From Verrucomicrobiota bacterium (GTDB lineage Bacteria > Verrucomicrobiota > Verrucomicrobiia > Chthoniobacterales > UBA10450): a DNA stretch of 64,000 bases. The notes beneath the pieces are model-generated. The model was not told the DNA's origin, searched no databases, and saw only the letters and a program-made list of their open reading frames with translations. A program made the position numbers and the translations under genes. Below, piece after piece: positions 29,902 through 38,121 of this stretch; the stretch's first letter is position 1, and each line of letters starts with the position of its first letter. Location: assembly GCA_046734045.1 (NCBI GenBank), contig JBKPQL010000053.1, forward strand, positions 2,903 through 66,902, given 5' to 3'.

Positions 29902-31706
29902 TTCCCTCGAGCGAACAACATGTCCTCATCGCCCAGAATTCGGGCGCAGCCAACCAGTGCGACGTGCGAGAAAGCCTGAGGAAAATTTCCGAGCTGACGT
30001 TTGTTGCGTAGATCGTACTCTTCGGAGAGCAGTCCGAGATCGTTGCTCAGATTGAGCAGACGCTCGAATAATTCGCGCGCTTCTTTTTTGCGGCCGAGGA
30101 GATGCCAACAGTCGGCCAGCCAAAACGAGCAGGGCAGAAATACTCCTTCGGTCCCTGGCAATCCATCAACGCCGGTTTCCTGTGGCCGATAGCGTAGCAC
30201 CAGGCCGTCTTGCATGAGTTCGCGTTCAATCACTTCGATCGTGCCTTTGACGCGCTCATCGCTGACCGGCAGAAACCCAGCGAGCGGCATTGTGAGGAGG
30301 CTCGCGTCCAAAGCATCAGACCCATAAACCTGGGTGAAAGCCTTCTTCTTCTTGTTATAGCCGCGATCACAAACCTCTGCGTGAATTTGATCCCGAATTT
30401 TTTGCCACCGGCCAAAGTGCTCGCTTGCCGCACAGTCGCACTCCTCAACCAGCTTGATCGCGCGGTCGAACGCCTGCCACGCCATCATCTTCGAGTGCGT
30501 AAAATGCTGGCGACCGCCACGGACTTCCCAAATTCCTTCATCCGGCTCTTGCCAGTGTGACTCGAGGAATTTCATCAGCGCGACCATCAGCGCCCAATCG
30601 GGTTCGGTCATTTTGATTCCGGCATGATCAGCCTGCCAGATCGCAGCCAGCACCTCGCCATATACATCGAGCTGAAACTGCTTGGACGCTGCGTTGCCAA
30701 TGCGCACCGGCCTTGAGTTTTCATAACCGGATAGCCACGGAATCTCGTACTCATCCAGACGGCGTTCGCCACGCACGCCGTAGATCGTTTGCATTTGTGC
30801 CGGGCTCCCCGCGATGGCGCGCAGCAGCCATTGGCGCCACGATGTGGCTTCATCGCGATAGCCCGCGCGCAGCAACACGAGTAAGATCAGCGCCGCATCT
30901 CTCAGCCAGCAGTAGCGATAATCCCAGTTGCGTACGCCTCCGATTTGTTCTGGCAATGAAGTGGTAAGCGCCGCAACCAAGCCACCAGTCGGCGCGTAGG
31001 TTAATCCTTTAAGCGTGATCAATGAGCGCACTACCGCGTCGCGCCATTTCCCTTCGCTTTGAAATCGTTTCGCCCAGCTTCTCCAGAATATTTCCGTGTC
31101 GCGCAATGCGTGCTCGGCATTTACTTTTCTCGGTGCATCCAGGTGAGAGGCGAACCATGTAAGCACAAACGGGATCCGATCACCTTTCGCCACGGTGAAC
31201 TCCGCGACGGTAGTTAAATCTTTCCCGCACGTTTCAACCGGCGTACGTAAGATCAAGCCATCAGGTCCCGCGATTGCCTCGAGTCCGTCAAAACGCTTGC
31301 GTCTTCGCACCCACGGAACGATCTGGCCGTAATCGAAGCGGATGATCAGTTCCATCTGCATCGGCACTTTGCCGCGCAGACCTTCGATGATGCGGATGAT
31401 GTCCGGATTCTCGCCTCGCGGCGGCATAAAATCGATAAGGCGAACGGCGCCGCTCTTGGTTTCAATTTCCGTTTCGAGAATTAGCGTCTCTCCCCGGTAG
31501 CGCCGGCGCGTGGCTTCAACCTTCTCCTTCGGAAAAAACCGCCAGTGCCCGTTCTCGCTCTCGCCGAGTAGCGATGCAAAACACGCGGGCGAATCGAACC
31601 GAGGAAAGCAAAGCCAGTCAACACAACCATCGCGACTCACCAGCGCGCCGGTTTGCGTATCGCTGAGAAAACCGTAGTCCTCGATCTTTGTATTTGCGTT
31701 CGCCAC
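29898..31706 (-). CDS. glycoside hydrolase family 15 (glucoamylase/trehalase-like)
   Basis: Motifs seen: IEDYGFLSDTQTGALVSRDGCVDWLCFPRFDSPACFASLLG, NWDYRYCWLRDA and FSHVAL. Confidence 0.92.
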   Translation of the reverse strand: MANANTKIEDYGFLSDTQTGALVSRDGCVDWLCFPRFDSPACFASLLGESENGHWRFFPKEKVEATRRRYRGETLILETEIETKSGAVRLIDFMPPRGENPDIIRIIEGLRGKVPMQMELIIRFDYGQIVPWVRRRKRFDGLEAIAGPDGLILRTPVETCGKDLTTVAEFTVAKGDRIPFVLTWFASHLDAPRKVNAEHALRDTEIFWRSWAKRFQSEGKWRDAVVRSLITLKGLTYAPTGGLVAALTTSLPEQIGGVRNWDYRYCWLRDAALILLVLLRAGYRDEATSWRQWLLRAIAGSPAQMQTIYGVRGERRLDEYEIPWLSGYENSRPVRIGNAASKQFQLDVYGEVLAAIWQADHAGIKMTEPDWALMVALMKFLESHWQEPDEGIWEVRGGRQHFTHSKMMAWQAFDRAIKLVEECDCAASEHFGRWQKIRDQIHAEVCDRGYNKKKKAFTQVYGSDALDASLLTMPLAGFLPVSDERVKGTIEVIERELMQDGLVLRYRPQETGVDGLPGTEGVFLPCSFWLADCWHLLGRKKEARELFERLLNLSNDLGLLSEEYDLRNKRQLGNFPQAFSHVALVGCARILGDEDMLFARGN

Positions 31707-31749
31707 CTGTCCTCCCCTGTTATTCTCACTCTTACTGTTACGCTTGCTC

Positions 31750-32253
31750 TTACTCGGCCTGATCTGGATTGGCTAGCCTGGCGATCCCGTCGCGCGTTAA
31801 TCGGAAGACTGTCCATTCATCCATGGGTTGGGCGCCGAGAGAGCGATAAAATTTAATGGCCGGCTCGTTCCAATCGAGCACGGCCCATTCCATCCGCCCG
31901 CAGCCACGCTCGAGGGCGATCTTCGCAAGCTCGACCAGCAACGCGCGCCCGTAACCCTTGCCGCGCTTCTCTGGCTTCACGAACAAATCTTCGAGATACA
32001 GCCCGGGTCGCCCAAGCCACGTGGAGAAATTATAAAAGTAAACCGCAAACCCGACTGCCGATTCTCCTTCAAAGGCGAGAAGTACTTCCGCCGCCGGTTT
32101 TTCCCCGAACAAAACATCAACAAGCTGTTCTTCCGTCGCAGTGACCTCATGCGGCGCGCGCTCGTACGTTGCCAAATCGCGAATGAGTTTCAAGATGATC
32201 GGCACATCTTCCACACCCGCAGGACGAATTTGGAACTCAGGACGCATTTTCAT
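31750..32253 (-). CDS. GNAT-family N-acetyltransferase
   Basis: Acetyl-CoA motif LFVKPEKRGKGYGRALL. Confidence 0.9.
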   Translation of the reverse strand: MKMRPEFQIRPAGVEDVPIILKLIRDLATYERAPHEVTATEEQLVDVLFGEKPAAEVLLAFEGESAVGFAVYFYNFSTWLGRPGLYLEDLFVKPEKRGKGYGRALLVELAKIALERGCGRMEWAVLDWNEPAIKFYRSLGAQPMDEWTVFRLTRDGIARLANPDQAE

Positions 32254-32267
32254 TCTGGACAGGAACT

Positions 32268-33356
32268 TTACTGCTTAGGTACATTAGCATTTGCAAGCGC
32301 ACGCCCGATGCGGTTGAGCCCTTCGGCAAACATTTCTGTATTCACACCCATGCCGATGCGAAAGTGATCAGGCATTTCGAAAAATCGACCTGGGACTGCC
32401 GACGTCTCGAACTCCGCATGCAGTCGTTCAAGAAAAGTATCAGCGTTGCGATTCCGCAATCGCAAAAACGAGGTCGTGCCCCAGTTTGTCCAGACAGCGG
32501 AAATGGTTGATTGCCGTGTTAGAAAATCGCGAAGCAATTTGCGATCCGTCTCCACGATCCGGCGCGCTCGTTCACGAAGGAGATCTAAATGTTGGAACGC
32601 AACGACGCTGAGCAGCTCGCCGGGATAAACAGCGGTGGCGCTATAGAGATCATTCAGGCGGCGCATCTTCCACGCGACATCACGCTGCGCCAGAATCCAT
32701 CCACATCGCAGACCGCTGACGCCGTAAACCTTCGTCAAACTGCTGGTAACCACGAACTCCGGCCCGAGGTGGAATGAGGTTCGCGGTTTTTCCTCGTAAA
32801 CCGCATCGAGATAAACTTCATCGACCAACACGAACGCGCCAATGCTTCGTGCGATATCACCGAGTTCGCACAGAACCGATTCCGGCGTGAGGACACTCGT
32901 CGGATTGTGAAGATTTGTGATCACGATGAGGCGCGTCTTCGGCGTAACGCATCGGCGAACCTCTACCGGATTAATTGCCCAGCCGTTTTCTTCAGCGCGC
33001 CGGAAGCGTTTCACGTTTGCTTGCAGATAATGCGCGACATCGACAATGGGTCCGTACGCCGGATGCTCGATTAAAACGTCATCGCCCGGTTCAATGATCG
33101 CCGCCATGGCCAGATGATTTGCCATCGAAGTGCCGGCAGCCTCTACGATGCATTCGTGATCAACTCCGTAATGCGTGGCGATGGCTTGCTGCAAAGGCGC
33201 GTAACCATAACTGTCGTCGCCATTAATTTCGAGTTCCTCCAACTTGACCGGCAGGTCACGAAGAGAAATTGGCGCGGCCCCGCTCGTCGCGAGATTGAAG
33301 CGCGCGCCGCTTTGGGTCTTCGCCCAATGCATGTAGTCGGAATGCTTGTGTCTCAT
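32268..33356 (-). CDS. PLP-dependent aminotransferase (class I/II fold)
   Basis: The segments ITNLHNPTS, LVDEVY and SSLTKVYGVSGLRCGW contain the PLP lysine region. The ATG at 33356 overlaps the upstream stop (ATGA). Confidence 0.88.
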   Translation of the reverse strand: MRHKHSDYMHWAKTQSGARFNLATSGAAPISLRDLPVKLEELEINGDDSYGYAPLQQAIATHYGVDHECIVEAAGTSMANHLAMAAIIEPGDDVLIEHPAYGPIVDVAHYLQANVKRFRRAEENGWAINPVEVRRCVTPKTRLIVITNLHNPTSVLTPESVLCELGDIARSIGAFVLVDEVYLDAVYEEKPRTSFHLGPEFVVTSSLTKVYGVSGLRCGWILAQRDVAWKMRRLNDLYSATAVYPGELLSVVAFQHLDLLRERARRIVETDRKLLRDFLTRQSTISAVWTNWGTTSFLRLRNRNADTFLERLHAEFETSAVPGRFFEMPDHFRIGMGVNTEMFAEGLNRIGRALANANVPKQ

Positions 33357-34681
33357 GAATGGGTGTGTCTGAATCTGATCCAAAAATAATAAACCGGGAG
33401 AGCGGCCAGCATGATGCACAGCGCGATCGTGCTATTGCGAGGCGAAGCGATAACGGCGCTTACGACAATTCCAGCACATGACAAAACAAACAGCATGGTC
33501 GTGAACGGGTGCCCCGGCACGCGATAGATAATAGTCTCCGATCCAATATTGCGCCGTCGCAAAATAAAAAGGGATGTTGCCGTCATTCCGAAAAAAATGA
33601 AATCAACGGTTACTTCGAAATTGAGGATCTCTCCATACGTTCCGGAAATGGCAATGATGATCGCAGCCAAACCCTGAAGCACAATCGCAACTACTGGCGC
33701 TTCCGATTTTCCGAACAGTTTGCCGACGCTCTTAAGGAAAAGCCCGTCGCGCGCCATCGCATAATACACACGGGGAGCTGTCAGCATGCTTTGGCTGAGA
33801 AATCCGAGAGTCGAAATTGTAATCGCGACTGCGATCCAACGCCCGCCGGACTCGCCTAGGGCGATCCGCATCACATCAGAGGCGGGAGTCATTGTCGTAT
33901 CGAGCCCGTCCGCCCCGAGCACACGTAGACACGCAAGATTAACCGCAAGATAAAGAGCCACAACGCCGGCCACGCCGATCAGTAGCCCGCGCGACAAATC
34001 GTGGCGCGCATCTCGCATTTCACCGGCAACGAAAGTGGCGGTCTGCCATCCGCCGTAGGCAAAAGCAATCGGCACCATAGCCGCGCCTATGCTCTTCACG
34101 AGGTCAAATGAAGCCGGCTGTCCAAGTAATCCTCCGGATTCCAGAGAAGTGTGACCAACCCCAAGTCCAATCACTACAAGGGCCGCGATCGCGACAATTT
34201 TTAACAACATGAGAGCGCTCTGCACATTGCTGCCGGCGCGCGCTCCCAAACAGTTGATCACTGTCAATGCAAGCAGCGCGATTGCGGCGATCACGCTGGC
34301 ATTCCAATCCGCCCCGGTGAGCGCGCGAAAGTAAGACGCGAAAATCACCGCGACCGCAGCCATGCCGCCAGTCTGCGTGACGAGAAGCAGTCCCCAGCCG
34401 TACATGAATGCGACCGCAGGATGGTACGCCTCGCGCAAGTAAACATACTGCCCACCCGCGGCGGCAGGTAGGCGCGTTGCAAGCTCGGCCCAGATAAAAG
34501 CGCCACACATCGCTAAAAGACCACCGAGCGCCCACACGCCGAGTATCAAAAAGGGCGTATGCACCCGGTGCGCCACCTCGGAAGGATTGGCGAAAATTCC
34601 TGCGCCTATGATGCCGCCCATCACGAGCATGGTGGCATCGAACAATCCAAGCTGACGGCGTGGCTTTGACGTCTCCTTCAT
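33353..34681 (-). CDS. APC-superfamily amino acid permease
   Basis: The 442-aa product has 12 TM helices and the N-terminus LGLFDATMLVMGGIIGAGIF. Confidence 0.9.
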   Translation of the reverse strand: MKETSKPRRQLGLFDATMLVMGGIIGAGIFANPSEVAHRVHTPFLILGVWALGGLLAMCGAFIWAELATRLPAAAGGQYVYLREAYHPAVAFMYGWGLLLVTQTGGMAAVAVIFASYFRALTGADWNASVIAAIALLALTVINCLGARAGSNVQSALMLLKIVAIAALVVIGLGVGHTSLESGGLLGQPASFDLVKSIGAAMVPIAFAYGGWQTATFVAGEMRDARHDLSRGLLIGVAGVVALYLAVNLACLRVLGADGLDTTMTPASDVMRIALGESGGRWIAVAITISTLGFLSQSMLTAPRVYYAMARDGLFLKSVGKLFGKSEAPVVAIVLQGLAAIIIAISGTYGEILNFEVTVDFIFFGMTATSLFILRRRNIGSETIIYRVPGHPFTTMLFVLSCAGIVVSAVIASPRNSTIALCIMLAALPVYYFWIRFRHTHS

Positions 34682-36141
34682 TCAGCAACAGGGTTCAGGT
34701 TGTAGATTCTGAACTCTCTATTCGCTAGCATCAGCGCCGCGGTTTGGCGCAGATGCTCCGTGAACTCGGGATAATACTCCAGCCACCAAAACGTATTCGT
34801 GGTGAAAACAAGATGCGTGGCGCCGCGGCGACGTAGTCGCTCAAGATCGACGATTGCCTGCTGGTTGTCGCCAGGATTGCCGTTGTAAATCGCGTGTGTC
34901 TCGAGGAAATGCCAACCCTTTCGCTCCGCATAATAGAATATCGTAGGATCGCCTGTATCTGCCGCGACGATTAATGCGCCGCGCGCTGTGATTTTGTTCA
35001 ATTCCAGACCGGCATCGCGAAGTTGAGCAGCCGACGGTTCGTAAAGCCAGCGCACATAAAGAAAAGCAAGAGCCGAAAACGAACACACAAGCAGAATCGA
35101 CAATGTCGCTGTCGCAACGCGTGAGGACGAGATTTTCGATCCGACAAATGCACAAGCAGCACCGGCAAAAGCAGCCGTGATCGGCACCAGCGGGAGCTGA
35201 TACCACGGATGGCGATTGCCGTAGCCGACGACAATGATGAAAGGAATCATCCCAGCCAGCCACCAATAAAAAAAGCCCGAGTATTTCGATCGCGGAGCGA
35301 CAAACAAACCAATGAGCGTCATGATCGGAAGGATCGGCGTGAGGCTCAATGTCGCGGTTCGGCGTGCGATTCCCCAATACCATGAAAAATTCTCGATTCG
35401 GATTCCGCCTTCGCCGAAGAAATGATGCGGGTAAAATCTCTCGGCGATTTCATACGCATGCCAATACCACGCGACCGACGGCAACACCGTAATTCCGGCA
35501 AAAAGCCAAAGGTCGACTCGTTCCAGGAAATTCCAACGCCACTTTTTCCACGCAAGAAACAGGAGCGGCGCGGCGATGATGATGCTCGTGACTTTAACTA
35601 AGATGGATAGCGAAATCGCGATTGCAGCCAGAAGAAACGGCGTTGACTTGCCATCGTTGATCCAACGCAGGAAAAAATATGAGCCGATGAGCGCCAGACT
35701 AAGTGAGGGAACGTCAGGCATGAACGAACGTCCCGCGAAAACATTCAGTGGCACAAAGCTATAAAAAAACGTCGCCCAAAGCGCCGCCGTGCTTCCGAAG
35801 CTTTCCCATACCAGCAAAAAGAAAAACGGCAACGAAAGAGCGAAGAAAATCACCGACTCACTGCGTCCAATCCACTCGTGAACACCCGCAAATTTGTAGC
35901 AGACGGCTGTCAGAAACGGCAAAATGGGAAATTCTGTTCCCACGTAACCGGGCGCGCTGCCTGCCCAATCGATCTGCGGATACGTAAAGCGAAAACCATT
36001 CTCGGAGAAATTTCGGGCAATGGCGGCGACATCGCTTTGTCGCCAGCTCCAGCGATCAGTGAATGGTTGATTAATCAAAATCACCCTCACCGCCACCGCT
36101 AAGATCGATAACGTGATCGCGAGCTTGGTCGTACGCCTCAT
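34678..36141 (-). CDS. glycosyltransferase family 39 / ArnT-PMT-like membrane protein
   Basis: A polytopic protein. N-terminal loop QPFTDRWSWRQSDVAAIARNF, then many TM helices and a soluble C-terminal domain. The ORF is open to 36168. Confidence 0.8.
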   Translation of the reverse strand: MRRTTKLAITLSILAVAVRVILINQPFTDRWSWRQSDVAAIARNFSENGFRFTYPQIDWAGSAPGYVGTEFPILPFLTAVCYKFAGVHEWIGRSESVIFFALSLPFFFLLVWESFGSTAALWATFFYSFVPLNVFAGRSFMPDVPSLSLALIGSYFFLRWINDGKSTPFLLAAIAISLSILVKVTSIIIAAPLLFLAWKKWRWNFLERVDLWLFAGITVLPSVAWYWHAYEIAERFYPHHFFGEGGIRIENFSWYWGIARRTATLSLTPILPIMTLIGLFVAPRSKYSGFFYWWLAGMIPFIIVVGYGNRHPWYQLPLVPITAAFAGAACAFVGSKISSSRVATATLSILLVCSFSALAFLYVRWLYEPSAAQLRDAGLELNKITARGALIVAADTGDPTIFYYAERKGWHFLETHAIYNGNPGDNQQAIVDLERLRRRGATHLVFTTNTFWWLEYYPEFTEHLRQTAALMLANREFRIYNLNPVAE

Positions 36142-36216
36142 GCAACCGCGTCTTGACAAACAGCTCAAGTAAAGTCAATCGAGTACAGTAACCCCGAATC
36201 GCGCAGAAGTGCTCGA

Positions 36217-36777
36217 ATGAAATCAACGCCTCGCGTTTGTTCTCTGACACGTGCCGAATTCTTTGCGCTGGCACTGCTCATCAGCTTTGCAGCTGCACTC
36301 ACGTACGCGCAGAACGAGCCAATTCTTGTCCCTGACGTAGTTGATTATGAAAAGCTGCTTCCCATTCTGCCGGATGCGCCGCCGGGCTGGACCGCGGACA
36401 AAGCGGAGGGCTCAACCGAAGATGCAGGAGGATTCAGAATTACCAACGTGCATCGTGATTATCACAAAGGCGAAAGCAATAAAGCCCCGAGCGCGGCGAT
36501 CAGTATACTCGATTCCGCCGCCAATCCGGATTACGTCAGCGCCACTACCGCTGTGTGGAATAATAATAGCGAGACGATCGAAGGCTACGGCAAATCTGTG
36601 ACGATCGATGGCAACCCCGGGTTCGAGGCATTCGAAAAAGAGAGCAAGCATGCCACGCTCTGGGTAATGATTGCGAATCGCTATTTTCTTCAGATCGAGT
36701 TGCAGAACCAGGATCCAAAGGAACTGCAGGAATGGATCAAGCGCGTTGATCTGAAAAAACTCGCCGCGATCAAGTGA
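36217..36777 (+). CDS. hypothetical exported protein
   Basis: A signal-like N-terminus (FALALLISFAAALTYA). No family was recognised. Confidence 0.6.
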   Translation: MKSTPRVCSLTRAEFFALALLISFAAALTYAQNEPILVPDVVDYEKLLPILPDAPPGWTADKAEGSTEDAGGFRITNVHRDYHKGESNKAPSAAISILDSAANPDYVSATTAVWNNNSETIEGYGKSVTIDGNPGFEAFEKESKHATLWVMIANRYFLQIELQNQDPKELQEWIKRVDLKKLAAIK

Positions 36778-36787
36778 CAAGCCGCAG

Positions 36788-36838
36788 CTTGTCATCCTGA
36801 GCAGAGCGAAGCTCGCTGATCACCGATCACTAATCACC
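36788..36838. repeat. F1-like REP half-site followed by GATCACY heptamer run
   Basis: Sequence cttgtcatcctgagcagagcgaagctcgctgatcaccgatcactaatcacc. Confidence 0.4.
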
Positions 36839-37558
36839 TCACTTTGGCGTTTCGCCGACCATCGGTACAAAGCGAACCGGCAACACGGCGCTTTCTTTCA
36901 GTCGTCCGTTCTTCTTCTCAAGCAGGTAGAGCTCCTGAGCAAGTCGCTCGCCCACTGGAATGATCATGCGACCACCGTCTTTGAGTTGGTCGGTGAGCGG
37001 TTTCGGCACGCGATCCGGCGCGCATGTAACGATGATCGCGTCGAATGGCGCCGCCTCCGGCCAGCCTCTGTAGCCGTCGCCAACCTTTACGTGCACGTTT
37101 TTGTAGCCCAGACGCTGCAGCGTTGCTTCCGCGTTTTTCGCTAGCGGCTCGACTATTTCGACGGTGTAAACTTCTTTCACCAGCTCAGCCAAAATCGCGG
37201 CTTGATATCCCGAGCCCGTCCCGATTTCCAAAACGCGATCGCTCGGCTTTGGCCGGAGTTCTTGTGTCATAAACGCCACGATATACGGTTGCGAAATGGT
37301 TTGGCCGTAGCCGATGGGCAGCGGCCCGTCCGCATAGCTCGCTGCACGTGAATCTGGGGGGACGAATTCTTCCCGCGGCACTTTCGCCATCGCAGCGAGC
37401 ACCCGTCCGTCGTTGATGCCGCGTGGCATCAATTGCTGCTGCACCATCCGCTGGCGCTCGGCTGCAAGATCTGAAGCTGGCGCCGCCGTTTGGCCACATC
37501 CCGCCGCGGCAATGGCGATGAGAATTAGAAATTGCGCAATTCGGCGCACTCCGAACAA
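36839..37558 (-). CDS. pcm: protein-L-isoaspartate O-methyltransferase with an N-terminal lipoprotein-type signal
   Basis: Motifs seen: GQTISQPYIVAFMT and VLEIGTGSGYQAAILA. The N-terminus is MFGVRRIAQFLILIAIAAAGC. Confidence 0.92.
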   Translation of the reverse strand: MFGVRRIAQFLILIAIAAAGCGQTAAPASDLAAERQRMVQQQLMPRGINDGRVLAAMAKVPREEFVPPDSRAASYADGPLPIGYGQTISQPYIVAFMTQELRPKPSDRVLEIGTGSGYQAAILAELVKEVYTVEIVEPLAKNAEATLQRLGYKNVHVKVGDGYRGWPEAAPFDAIIVTCAPDRVPKPLTDQLKDGGRMIIPVGERLAQELYLLEKKNGRLKESAVLPVRFVPMVGETPK

Positions 37559-37612
37559 TAATGCCGAGCGCGCTGCTGCGAAAGCGCATCGGCTATAGCT
37601 TGTCGAGATTTC

Positions 37613-37978
37613 CTACCGCGCCGTTGCCACAGCGTTCATGTGACGCAGACGATCAGCGAGCGTCTTCATGACGTGTGTTGCGAAATGCGGGGTCTGCTGG
37701 ACGAGAAAATGAAACCGCCGTCGATCGATTTCAGCTAGCCGGCACGAGGTCTTCGCAACTGCGGTAGCCGTGCGCGGGCTATCATCGATCAATGCCATCT
37801 CACCAATTAACGAGCCTGGCCCGGCTGTCTCTAGCACGAAATCCCCAAGCAAAATCTCCATTTCTCCTTCCAATAACACGTACATCTTATCGCCGCTTTC
37901 ACCTTCCCGGAAAAGGAAATCGCCAGCCACGATTTGCAACGCTCCAGTTTCTTGACGAAAAAGCTCGGCGGGATTCAT
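37613..37978 (-). CDS. stand-alone cyclic-nucleotide-binding domain protein
   Basis: The segment FREGESGDKMYVLLEGEMEI...GSLIGEMALID..PRTATAVA matches a cNMP-binding cassette. Confidence 0.85.
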   Translation of the reverse strand: MNPAELFRQETGALQIVAGDFLFREGESGDKMYVLLEGEMEILLGDFVLETAGPGSLIGEMALIDDSPRTATAVAKTSCRLAEIDRRRFHFLVQQTPHFATHVMKTLADRLRHMNAVATAR

Positions 37979-38121
37979 GAGTGCGATGTAACTGGCGACA
38001 GAAACTACAAAAAAGGCACGATCGCTGCCAAGTTACGATTGTGTGACAACTGGTCAGTGCGCCGCGGTAGCAAATTCTTCGTGTCCTTCGTGAGCATCGT
38101 GGTTAATTTCACCGGCCTTTT

